64,000 nt of DNA. Origin: Azolla caroliniana (lineage: Eukaryota; Plantae; Polypodiophyta). The position numbers were made by a program, and so were the translations under genes. The DNA lies in the NCBI GenBank assembly GCA_043228905.1, contig JBHGNT010000009.1:5270001-5334000 (forward strand), read 5' to 3'. Below the pieces are notes generated by a model. It ran no database searches. It had not been told where the DNA came from and saw only the letters and a list, made by a program, of their open reading frames with translations. This document shows, piece by piece, positions 35,945-49,641 of the stretch (positions are counted from its first letter, which is position 1; each line of letters begins with the position of its first letter).

Positions 35945-38074
35945 GACTTTATGCAATATTGCTCTTAGAAATGCCTTCCCCCACCTCTATTGTGCCTTTC
36001 ATTGATAACCTTCCCTTGCCGTATTTATACTAAGCTCTTAATTGTTTGTTTTTCACTCCACCTTGTTACTTTATTGAACTCGGTATATTTTATCAAGCAT
36101 TCTCTTTCTATTGCAATGTGTCTTCTTCTTATAGCCCCGCTTTAACATACGTACCTACTACCTACTCAAGGTTCATGTTGGTTTTATTTACGCAAATTTC
36201 GTTGTCTTACCTTTTGTAGACTCTAATTTGTTTGACACTCTATCAGGTACATGCTTTTATGATGAGGAGTGTGTAAAATGTCATCGACATTTCTATTAAC
36301 CAAGGGTTTTTCTAAAACTACAAATGGATATCTTTCATATAGCAAAGGGCATTTCTATCAATCAAGGAACTACAAAGGGATACTTTTTGTTTTCATGTAC
36401 TAATGAAAATTTCTATCAACCAAGGATTTTTCTATCACTACAAAGGGATCATTTTCATATAGCAATTATTTTTGCAGCTTTGCTATTTTCTTTTGTTTGT
36501 ATGTCTAGACAATAAATATGTAAATCATTCCCATAGTCTCGGTGCTCCAAATATCTGAAATTTGTATTTTTGTAACTTCAGTTTTTTGTTTGTTTGTACA
36601 TCTTGAATATCTGAAATTTTAAGTAATGAAAACTATTAGGAATAACATTAGTTTCCTTTTTGACTCATTTGGATAAGGGAATATGTTCGGTTGACACCTT
36701 GGTCCACATTTATCCACATAGTGTGACATTCATTTTCCAAATTTAGTTGACATAGAAGTCTCAAACTTGTGAAATCTTAGAGTGGCTTTGAGATGAAACG
36801 CTCTCTCAAACATGCCTTAAAAAAAACGAGGGGAACTTGATACATTTTAACATGCCACATTTTCAAAGATGTGATAAGAGATGGCCTCGAAGTGCTTTCG
36901 ATATAACTACAAAGAATTAAACTTACTGACGTAGCTTAAGATTTTCGACATTTTGTAGTAACAAAAGCAATATATTTTCTTGCCAATTTTTATGAAGGAA
37001 TGAAGGCAAATTCAAGCATTATAGTTTCCCTTACAATACGGATAATTAAGATAAAAAATGAAGTAGGTTTTGATACACACCTTCATAGCTACTTTACATC
37101 AATTTGACAATCCCATATATTTACATACAAAGGTATATATGCCTCTCGTCTATCTCAGACTCATAACATCTTAGTTTTCTTTTTGCAAGTCTTTTATGCC
37201 TCTTTTATACCTTTCAATTGTTTTCCAACATGCGTGGCTATCCACATGCATTCCCATATTAAAGTTATGTGCCCTCTCATTTTATACCACTCATTCCATT
37301 GTAGTTTTCCCTCTGCGCGTGTTCTTCTTTAATGCCTTTTTCAACTTTTGTCAATTGTTTGCCCTACAAAACCTACCTTTTTGTTTGCTGCAACTTGCTT
37401 TACTCTTAAGGCTACCTTATAAAACATCCTAGTAAGTTCCACGGATTAGTATAAAACATCCTCGTAGTTCCACGGATTAGTAGCAAAAGAAAATTATCTT
37501 AAGTTTACATCATGACACTAAATATGTAATATATTGTCCAATCAATTGGAGTCATGGTGTGAAGAAAAAGAAGAATCATGAAGTTCTGTTATTTAAAAGC
37601 GCAAACCGTTTTCACAAAATCCAACATCATTTATATAACATTCCAAACAGGTCATTGATGACAATTATCAGAGTCATTACAAGTATTCCAAATTGATTAT
37701 TCTCTCTATGGATTATACAAAAATATTTTCTCCATGCAAGTAACTAGAGATTCTCTGCGGAATATACAGAATATCTGGCATCAATCATATAGATAACAAA
37801 ACTCTAGACTATGTTTTGTTCATCGCAGTCATGGAATTGGCCATCATTGGCTAAAACAATGACAAAAACAAAACCGGACATTTGAAATGAGAAAGAATAC
37901 AAATGGCCCAGGCCTGATTCTGAAAAAAATAAATGAGTCAAAAGGCATCGTGGTACAAGAGAGAAAGAGAGGGAGACTCCTTAGAAGCTCAATTTTTTAT
38001 GTATATATATCTCATCCTAATACATATTCTGTACAACACATAAAATCGTGACCTTCCCATGGAATGAATGAGAA

Positions 38075-41000
38075 TCACATTTGCTTACCGGCCCCCGAAA
38101 TTACAAGGTCAAAAATCTTCTTAAGGTTGGGAAGAGTATGGCGAGGCCCGACACTCTCAGCTCCAAGGTAATTAAGAACTTGCTCAAGATCCTGCCATCA
38201 AATATCCCCCTTTATTGTTACAACATTAACAATAACCCAATGTAGTAAATAATCCAAGTTTTTTATTTGTCACATTATGGATTCAACTACCGCCCTCTCT
38301 ATCAAAAATTTGCATGTACATAATTTGTTAGATTTGTAAAAAAGAAACGTTTTATTAGTTATATGATGCAAAATACTTTTAAAAATGTTTCGGGATCAAA
38401 AAACATGTTTTTTTATGACTATAACCCCCTATAGAGCACAATTGATGCAATGGCAATAAGCTTGGAGCCACAGGTTCGGGGATAATTTGTCTACAAAACC
38501 CCAAATTTAGACACTTTACAGTAAACACTTTCTAACCCTGAAGACATTGTATTTGGCCACAAAATTTTGAAATGTCTCAATGAATCCATCATAGACTGAA
38601 TCCAAAGAATTTTGATGGAGATGGTCTACAACTTACTTTATTTAGCAAGAAGACAGCATATGCTGATCTTGTGGTATCTTGCCCTTCAGAAAAGAGAGGG
38701 AATTCAGTAACAGTTTTGCGGTTGCTTCCAAGATTTGAACCTGTTCCATTTGCTCCACCATTGAAATATGGTTCTGATGCTGGTGCATTATCTTGTATAT
38801 AAGAGCGTGAAGCACCTAAACGCAAGGGATAACGCAAGGGTATATCCAAATAAGCAGCTAGCAATGATAAAGCCTGAAAAACAAAAGCACTGAAAGCACA
38901 TTAAATGCATACCATGCATAGAAAATGGGAAGTAGAGTACATGTTTGATATACACATAAGTTTTTCTTGTTCAAAACTGTTTTCTCTTTTTTCTCTAAAT
39001 AGCAGCATTTTGGGCAATAAAGAAAAAAAGTCCAAAATATTTCTGAGGTTTGTTGCTTTCATTTGTTAGCATGCAGCTTCATGGCCTTCTTAGAATGTAT
39101 GTACATAACTCACATGTGCAACATAGCCCAATGCTGTTGCTGACGCCTCATGGTCAGTGGGTTCATTGTAAAGACCAGGTTTCATGTTAAGAGGCGCCAC
39201 TACATGCAAGCCTCCAATGGTCATCGGGAGAATATCCATCTTTTCCACATACTGAGCATCTATATTTGAAGAACCTGGTAAGTTCACGTGCTAATTATTA
39301 AGAAATAATCCTACCAAAACAAGGTTTTATGTATTGGGGTTGCAATCTTCAGGAAAAAGGTACCCTAATTACTGAAATGCTGGTTGAGATTTTGATGTTC
39401 CCAGTTGAATATACTTACTGAACGGTATAAAATCCAACATTACCATAAAATTGTTGCTATTAAATCCTATGAATTTGTGGTATTTTCAATCAATTAGGTT
39501 CCCTCATCCACTAAAACATCAGTCAATTTGTTCAGCTTGCCAATCAGAACATATAAATAGAGAAAAAGTATGAGATAAGCATTTATATTTTCTACTCAAA
39601 ATCTCAATAACTTTGGTATTTCCTCATAATTTTCTATCCTTCCATGCATGAGAGGATGCTGAATTGATTTATAAAGAAGCATCTCTGCGCAGTATTGTGG
39701 TGATATTAGGTTCATATCTCACACCTATAGAATATTACATTGAAACACGTACAAATTTCTACTAGGTATCTATAATTTATAAACAGTGTGTATGTCTTAT
39801 GTGTGCATGTACTGTGGATTGTGGATGTAGCACTCTTGGTGCATACGTCATCTAGGTACCCACAGTATCTACATAATGACACATTTTTCTCACCTCTATC
39901 TTGCATTACTTTATTTGCTGCAGTTGGAACAGATGGAACAATTCGATAAAGTGCCGCAATTTGAGCAACCATCAATAGTCTCCTTGAATTGATCGCACTT
40001 TGCAACCGTGATAGCCTTCCCTTCCCCCCTTCACCTTCTAACAGCTTACATTGATCCTTTAGAAACGCATACAAAGACAATTCATTAGCACTAGTAAAGT
40101 ATCATTGATAATTACCCAAATTGTACACAAAAACAAAGATGCAATGTTACATGATAAGGTCAATTTGAAATACTTCAACTATACATAGTCATTTCATCAA
40201 ACATTAGCTCTAGGAAGTAAATCACATTAAGAATTCATTTATTCACAGAAAACAAGCATACAAACATTGAGAGCTCAGTGAAGGGAATAGTTCTAACCAT
40301 AAAACTATGTTTTGATCAACCCCAAAATAATTTACAATTTAGCATGGCCTTAAGGAAATATCAGAAACAAACGAAGTCTGAGACAAGAAAAAACACAAGG
40401 TGGATTCAACACTTAGTGCTGTATCAAGTAAGAGATTATGTGGATCATACAGTGATACATTCTGTTTTCTAGCTTTAAGAGGTTGAGTCATGGCACATAG
40501 TGTTTATGTTAATTCTTCATTAGTGGATTAAATTATGATATTAACATAGTTAAACTGCTTCAAAACATTGCATTGATTTTATTCATCCATTTAACAATAG
40601 CAGTGTATGCAGCTATATGGCTACACTAGCAGATGTCGTTAAAACATTCTCAATTTATTGATGAAATGCTTGATTTAACAATAGATTATTGATTCGGGTG
40701 GGTATTTTTCTTAATAATAGAAATGAATAATTCAAGTTTTTCAATAAAATTGTAGCTTGGAACCATTCAGAAAAATGAATGATATTCCAGTGATTCCTTA
40801 AAATTGACATTAATTCTAGGCTGCATGAGTAGATGTCTACTCATACTCATCATACATAATCCACTATAATCACTATGATTCCAGTACATAAATGGGAGCA
40901 CATATAGAGTCTTCTAGTATAAAAAATGAGGAGTTAAATCATGAGTCATAACTAAGATCTTGTTTCACCATATCAATTGTTCCCACTTCCACATGTGGAT

Positions 41001-41840
41001 TAAAATGTCAGGATTGTCTTATGAAACATACCTACACATCCTCAAAGATGCTTTGTACAGGGTCCGATTATATATTCACCATGATTCATACAACTCCAGA
41101 TGATGCTTATACTTTAGAGGGATACTAGATAGTTTGGTAAATTAGAGTGACAAGTCGGGACTAATACCATGGCTTAAATTTTGATGAGCAATAGTCAAAC
41201 TTTCTAAGTCATGTATCATATATCATTCTACATATGGACTATGGAAAATATTCTTTCAGTCTTAACACATTATATCTCGACAGAATACATGATTCGTGAT
41301 TTGGTGTTTCCTTCATGAACTATGAAATGGCATGTTACATTTCATGATTCATCATCCTTAACTAAGACGGGCTGAGAGATGTCCATTACAGATAAGTTTA
41401 CTAAACTTCGATCTTTTTTCCTTTATAATCTCTAATGGACATCTAAGAAACACCTTCAAGAAGCTCAAATGAAGATACTGTGTCTCAGAACTCCAAACCA
41501 TGATTCATCATGTAGCAAAAACTAAAGATGTCCATCTCCAAAGTAGTATAAAAAGGAAATATGTTTCATAAGATGACGGATTCGGGAACAAGAACAATGA
41601 ATCATGAATTTATGTTTGGCTCTTGGAAGAGTATAGCCTCCTACAGTAGTTGACTTTGCAAACTGTTCTAGACCTTTTTTTAATTTCAGTAATGTTTTAC
41701 CCTCCTTAGTTTTTATGTCCACATATAGGGATCAAGGGACAAGAAGACCCTTGGTCTTGCCAATGCCAGTTCTGAGGGTTACCCAAGGTCAATCCTCTCA
41801 AGTTCTAGTTCTTTCCATGAATCTTTGATTGTGTGTGTGA

Positions 41841-41918
<78 letters not shown>

Positions 41919-42730
41919 ATTTGTGAGCATTTCCATGTCCCTGAGAGATACAAACCATTTCTAAGTTCTATTTCTCCTAGAAACAGCAGCAGGACAATAA
42001 CATGTAATATCAACATTGAATGAATGAAATCAGATCATGTAGAACTACCTGCAAACGACTTTGAGCTGCTTCCAGAGATCTGGCCCCAACAAAAAGAGAA
42101 CGAGCAGAAGACAGAAATTTGTCTTTTGTAATAGCTAAATCTTCAGATTTCTCTTGCAAAGCCACCTTGGCATTCTCCAATGCCAAATCTCTCGACTTAA
42201 GCTTCATTTTCAAGGCTTCCAGCTCATTGATCCGATGTAATGAAAGGTTGTGTATCTATCATCACATCAGTTGGAAGTCTTAGATCGAAAAAGATGTTTG
42301 AGCAATACCAATGGAAATACAATGAATTTACAATATATTAATGACGAAGGAGAAATAGGTTTATTAGAATCAATAAATATGTTTGTATGACCAAAATAGC
42401 GGATATGCTAGGCATTGCATAAGTGCCAAGGTAAATAACTCCCACAATAAGTTTTAGATCATTTCCACTTTAACCTCATTTTCCTTGGGTGTTCAAGATT
42501 AAGATGCACGAGCCCACTTTCCTCATGCTCATATTAATGCGGAGAACATAGTGGGAAGTTTTATCTTTCCTCATTGAAAGACAACAAGAAGTTTAAGACA
42601 TTTTCCCAATGTGAGAAAAAATTCATGTTGCCACTGGTTCTGCTATAGTGAACATTATCATCTTCATCAGGCGAGGCTCCATAAACATAGCTATGTAAGG
42701 ATTGATTATGTTTCCCCATTTATATGTATG

Positions 42731-42768
<38 letters not shown>

Positions 42769-43931
42769 ACTTAAATTTTAGACATTTTCCCATCACAACA
42801 CTTCCCTTACTGTCAAGGTTATCTTCCCCCATTATATCATAAAACTTTTGACATTTTTCCATGTGCTACCCAATTGAGAAAGAGATAGTATGAGAATATC
42901 ATTATGCTAGATGTCTGAATTCGAAATGCTGCCAGAATTATAGCATGAAAACGCCCAAAGGACTTCTCTAGTTGACCTTCTCGTGTAAGCCAATGAAATA
43001 CTCGTAATGAGAGCAATGAATCACCCACGAAATCTCATAATGTTAAGACGTTCAAATCCCAAAATGCAGCTGGAACTCTGTCTGAAAACGCCAGAAAGAC
43101 CCCTTATTGGATCTTCTCAACAAATAATGAAAATATACATCGTGAAAGCAAAGAAACACCTAATATGAAAATAAAAACAGGGACATGGTGCACAAATGCC
43201 CAAGAGACTTCTTTTATTGGATCTAACAAACCAAATGAAATACACATAATGAAAGAAATTTTGATATGAGACGTCATCATTTTTGAGATCCAGAACTGAA
43301 AATGCGGAATCATCGGGTACAAAAATGCCTACAACTCTATCGTTTTGGTGGATCTTATCAAGCAAACAATAAAAATACAAAAGAAGACTGGGAGGCAAAG
43401 AATTACATGCAAAGAAGACTCCAACTTCTTGGAAAGCTCTTCTCCCCGGGCACGCAATTGTGAAATAACTGAATCCGACCCACAAAGCTTTGCAAGGGTG
43501 TTTTGGAAATCTTCCCACGGAATAACCTTAAGCTCTGGCTGATCTTCATAAATGGTGAGAATTAGGGTTTCCTCTTCTGGGATTTCATCTTTTAAGACTT
43601 CTTCCCTTTGAGTTTCGTCGTTTAGGTTTTCTTCAGACAAGGATGAAATTAGGTTTTCGTCTTTCAGATCTGATTGATCTTCAAATAAGGGGGAAATTAT
43701 TTCTTCTTCTTTTTGGGTTTCTTCAGATATGGGTGGAATTAGGAGTTCTTCTTCTTCTTTGACTTCAGCTATGTCGCCCGAGATGGGTGAAATTAGGGAT
43801 TTTCCTGTGTCTTCTGATAAACCATGAGGGATTGGAATTAGGGATTGCTGTTCTTCATACCTCTTTACTTCACAACCCACCAAATCTGAATCCCGATCTA
43901 AATCGCCCATTGGATGACCCCTAGAGCCCAT
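38075..43931 (-). CDS. VPS38: VPS38/UVRAG-like subunit of PI3K complex II, 6 coding exons
   Basis: Exons 43931-43407, 42255-42049, 40056-39894, 39274-39114, 38873-38637 and 38191-38075, with GT-AG introns and frame kept. Motifs KVIPWEDF, coiled coil, [55 protein letters not shown] and GPRHTLPNL. The last exon could instead splice at G|GTAAGC near 38088. Confidence 0.9.
41830..41918. repeat. (TG)n(AG)n microsatellite in a VPS38 intron
   Basis: Directly visible. Confidence 0.95.
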
Positions 43932-44165
43932 GTGAAGAAGCTCAAGGGGAGGAGGAAGGCATGAAGATGAAGGAGCTCATCGCGCTTCATAGTTTTCTTT
44001 CCTTCTTTCTCTCCTCCCCGCTTTCCACTTCAGTCAATCGATGTGTTTTGCAGGGTCTGTGTTTCGTTTTTCCTGCGTATGACCTAATAATAAGCAGGCA
44101 AGCAAGCAAGCTGAGAGATGCTTGCTTTTGCTCTCTGTTTTTCCATTGTCTTTCTTCTTCACTAC

Positions 44166-44264
44166 ATATATGTATCAGTATATATGTATCATGTATGTAT
44201 GTATGTATGTATGTATGTATGTATGCGTCTGTGTGTGTGTCTGTTTATGTATGTAATAATATGC

Positions 44265-44295
<31 letters not shown>

Positions 44296-44496
44296 TGTAT
44301 GTTGTATGTATGTTGTATGTATGTTGTATGTATGTATGTGTGTGTGTGTGTGTGTGTGTGTTTATGTATGTATGTATGTATGTATGTATGTATGTATGTA
44401 TGTATGTATGTATGTATGTATGTATGTATGTATGTATGTATGTATGTGTGTATGTGTGTATGTGTGTGTGTATGTATGTGTGTGTGTGTGTATGTA

Positions 44497-44555
<59 letters not shown>

Positions 44556-44605
44556 AAGTATGTGTGCTATGTATGTGTGCATGTATGTACATAATATACA
44601 TATGT
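44166..44605. repeat. (TATG)n/(TG)n microsatellite block upstream of VPS38
   Basis: Directly visible. Confidence 0.95.
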
Positions 44606-44909
44606 AATCATCGATCTTCATTTCAACTCTAATTACAAATTTGGCCCCATGCATCCCCCTCCTCATGTTTTACACTGAGAGAACCTGAGTTCGATCCTCA
44701 CCATGCGCAGTTGCAAGCCCACTCTCACTCTCGTCCATCTCAATCTATATGCCTATAGAGAGAGAGAGAGAGAGAGAGAGAGTCCAACAATTCCTTGGTG
44801 TGATCTTCCCTACATTCTATGCCTAAGCATTTATGAGATTCGTCTTGCGCGCCCAAAGGACAAGGGGCTTATAAGCGCACGCACGCTCACACATACTTTG
44901 TAGTAAGTT

Positions 44910-44940
<31 letters not shown>

Positions 44941-46267
44941 TCGTGTCTATACTTTGCAGTAAGTTAGTCATGGTGGTGTTCTCTTCTTTCCTAATGAAAG
45001 CCATTATTTAGAGAGAGTGAGTGAGTGAGTGTGAGTGAGTGTGAGTGTGTGTATGTGTGTGTGTTGTCTGCAGGGGGGATTTGTGTTTGTGTGTAATTGG
45101 ACACGTTAAAAATGCCGATGATTGCATGTTGTGCTACAAAATTAAATATGATGAGATTGTGTGTCGTTAATTAATGATCGTGTGCATGAGATTTATATAG
45201 TTACAACTTACAATGAAAATAGCAATGAAGAAACCAACAATAAATCATATGTGGATTATCCATAATATATATATATATATTCTTGATATCCATGCACGGA
45301 TATAATTTTGGATATTCCAAATGTTCATTCTCTTACCTCCACTCCAACTGCCAAACAATAAGATTACATAGTTAGAGTTGAAAACACGAAGAGGGGATGC
45401 GTATGCCATAGACGAAACTTGAAAGGAAAACATGTTATCGATGTAGAAACAAAACAAAAAATAAAACGCGTGATTTGCACATTCCACGCCTAGCTCCAAA
45501 AAGATGGATAACACAATAACGATCATCGGTATATAAAAATATATAATGATACATCAACAACAAAATGAAGTCACCTTTGTGAATAAGTGATATGTTGACA
45601 CATTATCACAAGCAACTGGGTTGAGGTTAGCTTATGGAAAAGAGAAGGCTCGCAAGTCTCCTAATAGATTTCATGGCTTGTCCATGCCTACTAGATTTCC
45701 ATTCCCATGGTAGAGTCATGGTATTCACCTTTCTTGTCCATTCAATTGCAATATCTATTTCACTTCAACACACTCTCATTCAAAATCTGCAAATTCTTAA
45801 ATCTCCAGATTCACTTTTATGCATTAATGGTATTGAATTGAAAAAGGATCTAAGCATTTTGTAAAAATTCCACACTAGAATTTCAAGTCTTAATTTTGTA
45901 TGCCCATTGAAGTGGGCTTGAAAAATATGTCGATGAATTAGACTTGGCATTTAGCCTAGTTCAACGATTGGTTCAGATCCAAGCAATGTGGGTTAGGTGG
46001 CAAGAGGCTCGGTTCGGTGTCTACTCCTCAATTGTCAACGGGTGGGGCCACTAAGAACTTGAACTAGGGAATATGGCTTTGAAGATGGCGTTGTCGTTGA
46101 AAAGTTACGGAATTTTTGTATATGTGAGATGCCACATTATCGTGCATCGGAAGATCTTTTCCTTCTTGGTTTTGTGTGAATGTATTATATGAGTTAGTAC
46201 TAATGTGTTTATATTTTGTTGGAAATGAGGGGTATTTGGGGAGAATAAAGTTTGTGCTAATGTATTA

Positions 46268-47341
46268 GGGAAAAGTACCGGGATACCCTTGGAAGTTTTT
46301 CTATTTACCAGAATGCCCCTAGAAGTTCCAAATTTACCAAACTACCCCTATATCCAAAAAAATACACTTTATAAAGCAATTATACACTCAAATCTACAAG
46401 CCCTATTTACCAGAATACCCTTCAAACACAAATTTCTTTACTTAAGCGATTCTTTAGGTCCTTTGTACCTAACAATGTAGTCTTTCTTTTCTTTCTTGTT
46501 CATTGGGTTGATCAATCGTCTTCATCATCAGGATATGGGGTTACCTTGTGCATTATTAGATATTTTGTTGAGTCGATAGATATATTTGATTTTGTGAATA
46601 TTTTTGGAATTACACTTTTTGTAGACGGATCAAAATGAACATGTAATTATTACATTTCGATAATTAATTTTGGTTTGCAAGTATTTTTTAAATTGAGGAG
46701 ATTTAGTTGTGATTGCATTTTGCTAACAAATTTTAGTGTAAAATCATGAAATTTGGTTTAAGATAGCATTTTAATAGCAAAGTGTTCTGTGAGATTTCGT
46801 TTAAAATGACATTTTGGTAGCAAAGTTTTTCGTGAGATTTGGTTTAACATTTTGGCCGCAAATTGTTTGTGAATCCGCAAATTCATGGATTTTGGCTTCA
46901 AAATGGCATCCCAATGGTAAATTTTGGTGTGCGATCAAATGTTTTGGTTTTAAGATTAAATTTTGGTCACTTCAATCACAAATTTTGGTTTTATGGGATT
47001 AAGCCAATATAACTCGGTGTAAATTCATAGAATTGGATTTTAAGGTGACCTTTCAATTGAAATTTTTGATATATAACATAATTTTGATAATTTAGTTTGA
47101 TTTATGATGTATTTTGAAAAATAAAAAGTGGTATAAATTGGTCAAAATAGGTATATAGTGGCATTATGGTAACTAAGTTTAGGTTTAAGGGTACTTTGGT
47201 AAATAAGGCTTGTAGATTTGAGTGTATAATTACTTTATAAAATGTATTTTTTTGGACATGGGGGTAGTTTGGTAAATTTGGAACTTCCAAGGGCATTCTG
47301 GTAAATAGACAAACTTCCAGGGGTATCCTGGTACTTTTCCC
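46268..47341. mobile_element. Non-autonomous Mutator-like element (MULE)
   Basis: ~155-bp TIRs beginning GGGAAAAGTACC, with a perfect 9-bp TSD AATGTATTA at 46259-46267 and 47342-47350. No transposase inside. Confidence 0.93.
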
Positions 47342-48047
47342 AATGTATTATTGGTTTTCTTTGGGCTAGTTTCTATGGGGAGTGTGTGTGTACGTAAATT
47401 TGGAGGAGAAGCACCACTATTTTTTAATTTTTTGCATGCACCTATCCTTATCGTTATATGGGCGCATGATGCCACTGAATTGTTGTATGACGTGCTCATA
47501 CATATTTCCTAATTGCTTCATTGTCATTGCTTATGTATCGTATCTCATATTTTTTCCTCCATTACCCCTAGCATGTTTCCAACCCTTTACCTTATTGTGC
47601 AAATAGTTGGCTCTTATTACATGGTCTTAACCTTAATCTCCTTAATTTTTATTTCAAGCCTCTCTTTAACCATAATCCAGTTTTAAATGTAAAATTTGAC
47701 GTTCTTGCGCTATTTCCATTTGCACACACCACATCACGACAACAAGTTGATCGTGTAGCCTTGCACGAGAGAATGATTTCGTCAGTTCCACAATACAACA
47801 AGGGTGTGCTCTCGTAAAGAGTTTTGACAAGGACTTCTCGTGCATGTAGCCTTTGGGGGAGAAACTAATTTTCTTTTGGGGCTTCATGGGGTTTTCATTC
47901 CTCATGTCCCCTGTTACACTTCTTCTTCGAGCTTAGAGAAGTTGTGATTAAATTGTAAAGCAAAATACGAGGACATTGTAATAAAAGCATGCAATTTACA
48001 AAGTAAATAATTCCAAAGCAACCACGTGGTTTTCTTTTAAGTTATTG

Positions 48048-48211
48048 GATTCTAATCCTCGCATGAAGCGTTTTTACACATGAGGTCTTCTTGACTCGTG
48101 TACTTATTATGACGTGGCAAAGCAACCTCGAATGATTCTAATCCTCGCGTGAAGCGTTTTTACACATGAGGTCTTCTTGACTCGTGTACTTATTATGACG
48201 TGGCAAAGCAA
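48048..48211. repeat. ~86-bp tandem duplication
   Basis: gattctaatcctcgc...tatgacgtggcaaagcaa occurs twice. Confidence 0.9.
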
Positions 48212-49156
48212 TTGATGAGGCGACAAACTATTCTGCGGGCATTACAAGCTTTTGGATTGTAAATGAGCTCTAGAGGCATAAACACTACCAATGTGATGTG
48301 TCCACCCACAACGCATAACGTAACAATCATGGCCACTCCTTCAACTTGCCATTCCTTTACAAGTGTCTTTACAATAAGGGTTGTGCCGATGCTCCACTCT
48401 CCGATTTTAATTGCAATGTCATTAATCATACACATGAAGCCATGTTAATACCAATAGGGTAGTGACTATATGTTGAATAGTAAGTATCTCATGGCAAATT
48501 AGATAGATATAAATTTATTAGAATACTTTAGCGCAAGCTAAAGCATGTGCACCAAATGGTGGCACATGCTTAGCCCATAGCGCATGGGAAGGCATAAGCA
48601 CTAAGTGGGGTACATGCTTAGTCTTGATTGCATATAACCCGTGTATAAGGGCATCTCATTATGAGGTAGGGGAGGGGGAAGAAAGGACCATTGTGAGCAT
48701 TGCAAACTATTTGTATGGTCATCCTAAATCTTTGATGCATAAAAGTGCTGAGTTAAAGTCTCTTTCTATCTTGTATAGTTTCCTTACCCTAATCATATAC
48801 ATCTCTTTCTCTAAACCAAATATTCTTTCTCAAATTATGTACGTCTCATCCATCTCTTAGTCTAGAAACCATGGAGGCTCCACCAGACACACTTTTGCAT
48901 GACAATGATGAGTTATAATATTACCTAGTCCATGGAGGTTCCACCCATGCACACAATTTAGACACGCTTTTGCATGATAACGATGAGTTATAAGTTTACC
49001 TTGTCTTGAGAGTATCTCACTCACTTCATGCAAATTTGTATAAAGACACGGTCATCTTATCCTCAATCCTCTCTATCACCCACTTAGTTTTTTAGGTCTT
49101 CCTTTGTTAGTACCAAGCACTTTATTGCGAAAACACCATATGCATGATCACAATTA

Positions 49157-49641
49157 ACAATCAACAACTAGGTTTGAGAGTGTGAAAACCAAATCGTTAA
49201 AAAGTGTTGAAACTCGAACCGAACCACGAAACTGTTCAAACCGAAACCATTAAAACAAAATTGTCACCAAAACTCTAAACCGTTAAACCATTAAATCGTT
49301 AAAACCGTGGTTTCGTGGTTCAGTTTCTGTTTTCAAGTTGGGTCAAAATTTAAAATATTTCTATCTTTCCAAGTTTTAATTTTTCTAAATTGTAAATATC
49401 TTTTCTAAAATGTGAGAATTAGGCTTAAAAATGAAAAGGTTATTTAAAAAAAGCTTTAAAAAAATTAACCGCTAACCCTAAACCATCAAACCATTTTAAC
49501 CGAACTGAACCGTTCACACCCTAACCGAACCGAAATCGATCTGTTTAAAAAACTTGAAATTGAATCAAACCGAACTGTTTTAAACCGTTAAGTTGTGGTT
49601 TCACAGTTGGGTTCGGTTCAAACCGAACCGTTAACAATTGT
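49157..49641. mobile_element. AACCG-rich MITE (degenerate copy)
   Basis: Reverse-complement homolog of 53501-53924, with arrays of aaccg/cggtt and eroded TIRs. Confidence 0.8.

Noticed and set aside
36285-36465. Short repeated motifs (catttctatcaaccaagg, actacaaagggat) upstream of the sHSP as heat-shock elements
   Set aside because: They do not form canonical alternating nGAAn arrays and look like local duplications.
37418-37481. 32-bp tandem duplication
   Set aside because: An ordinary slippage or repair duplication with no further structure.
39813-39893. Possible extra micro-exon in VPS38 within the open frame after exon 3
   Set aside because: The implied introns would be only ~25-42 nt, and the direct exon 3 to exon 4 splice already keeps the frame.
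44676-44712. B-box-like GAGTTCGATCC suggesting a tRNA
   Set aside because: I could not build an A-box or cloverleaf. At most it is a SINE relic. A similarly weak case lies at ~60090-60145.
47600-49100. Possible LTR or TE remnant with small duplications (48048-48211, 48870-49005)
   Set aside because: No termini, PBS/PPT or coding motif that I could support.
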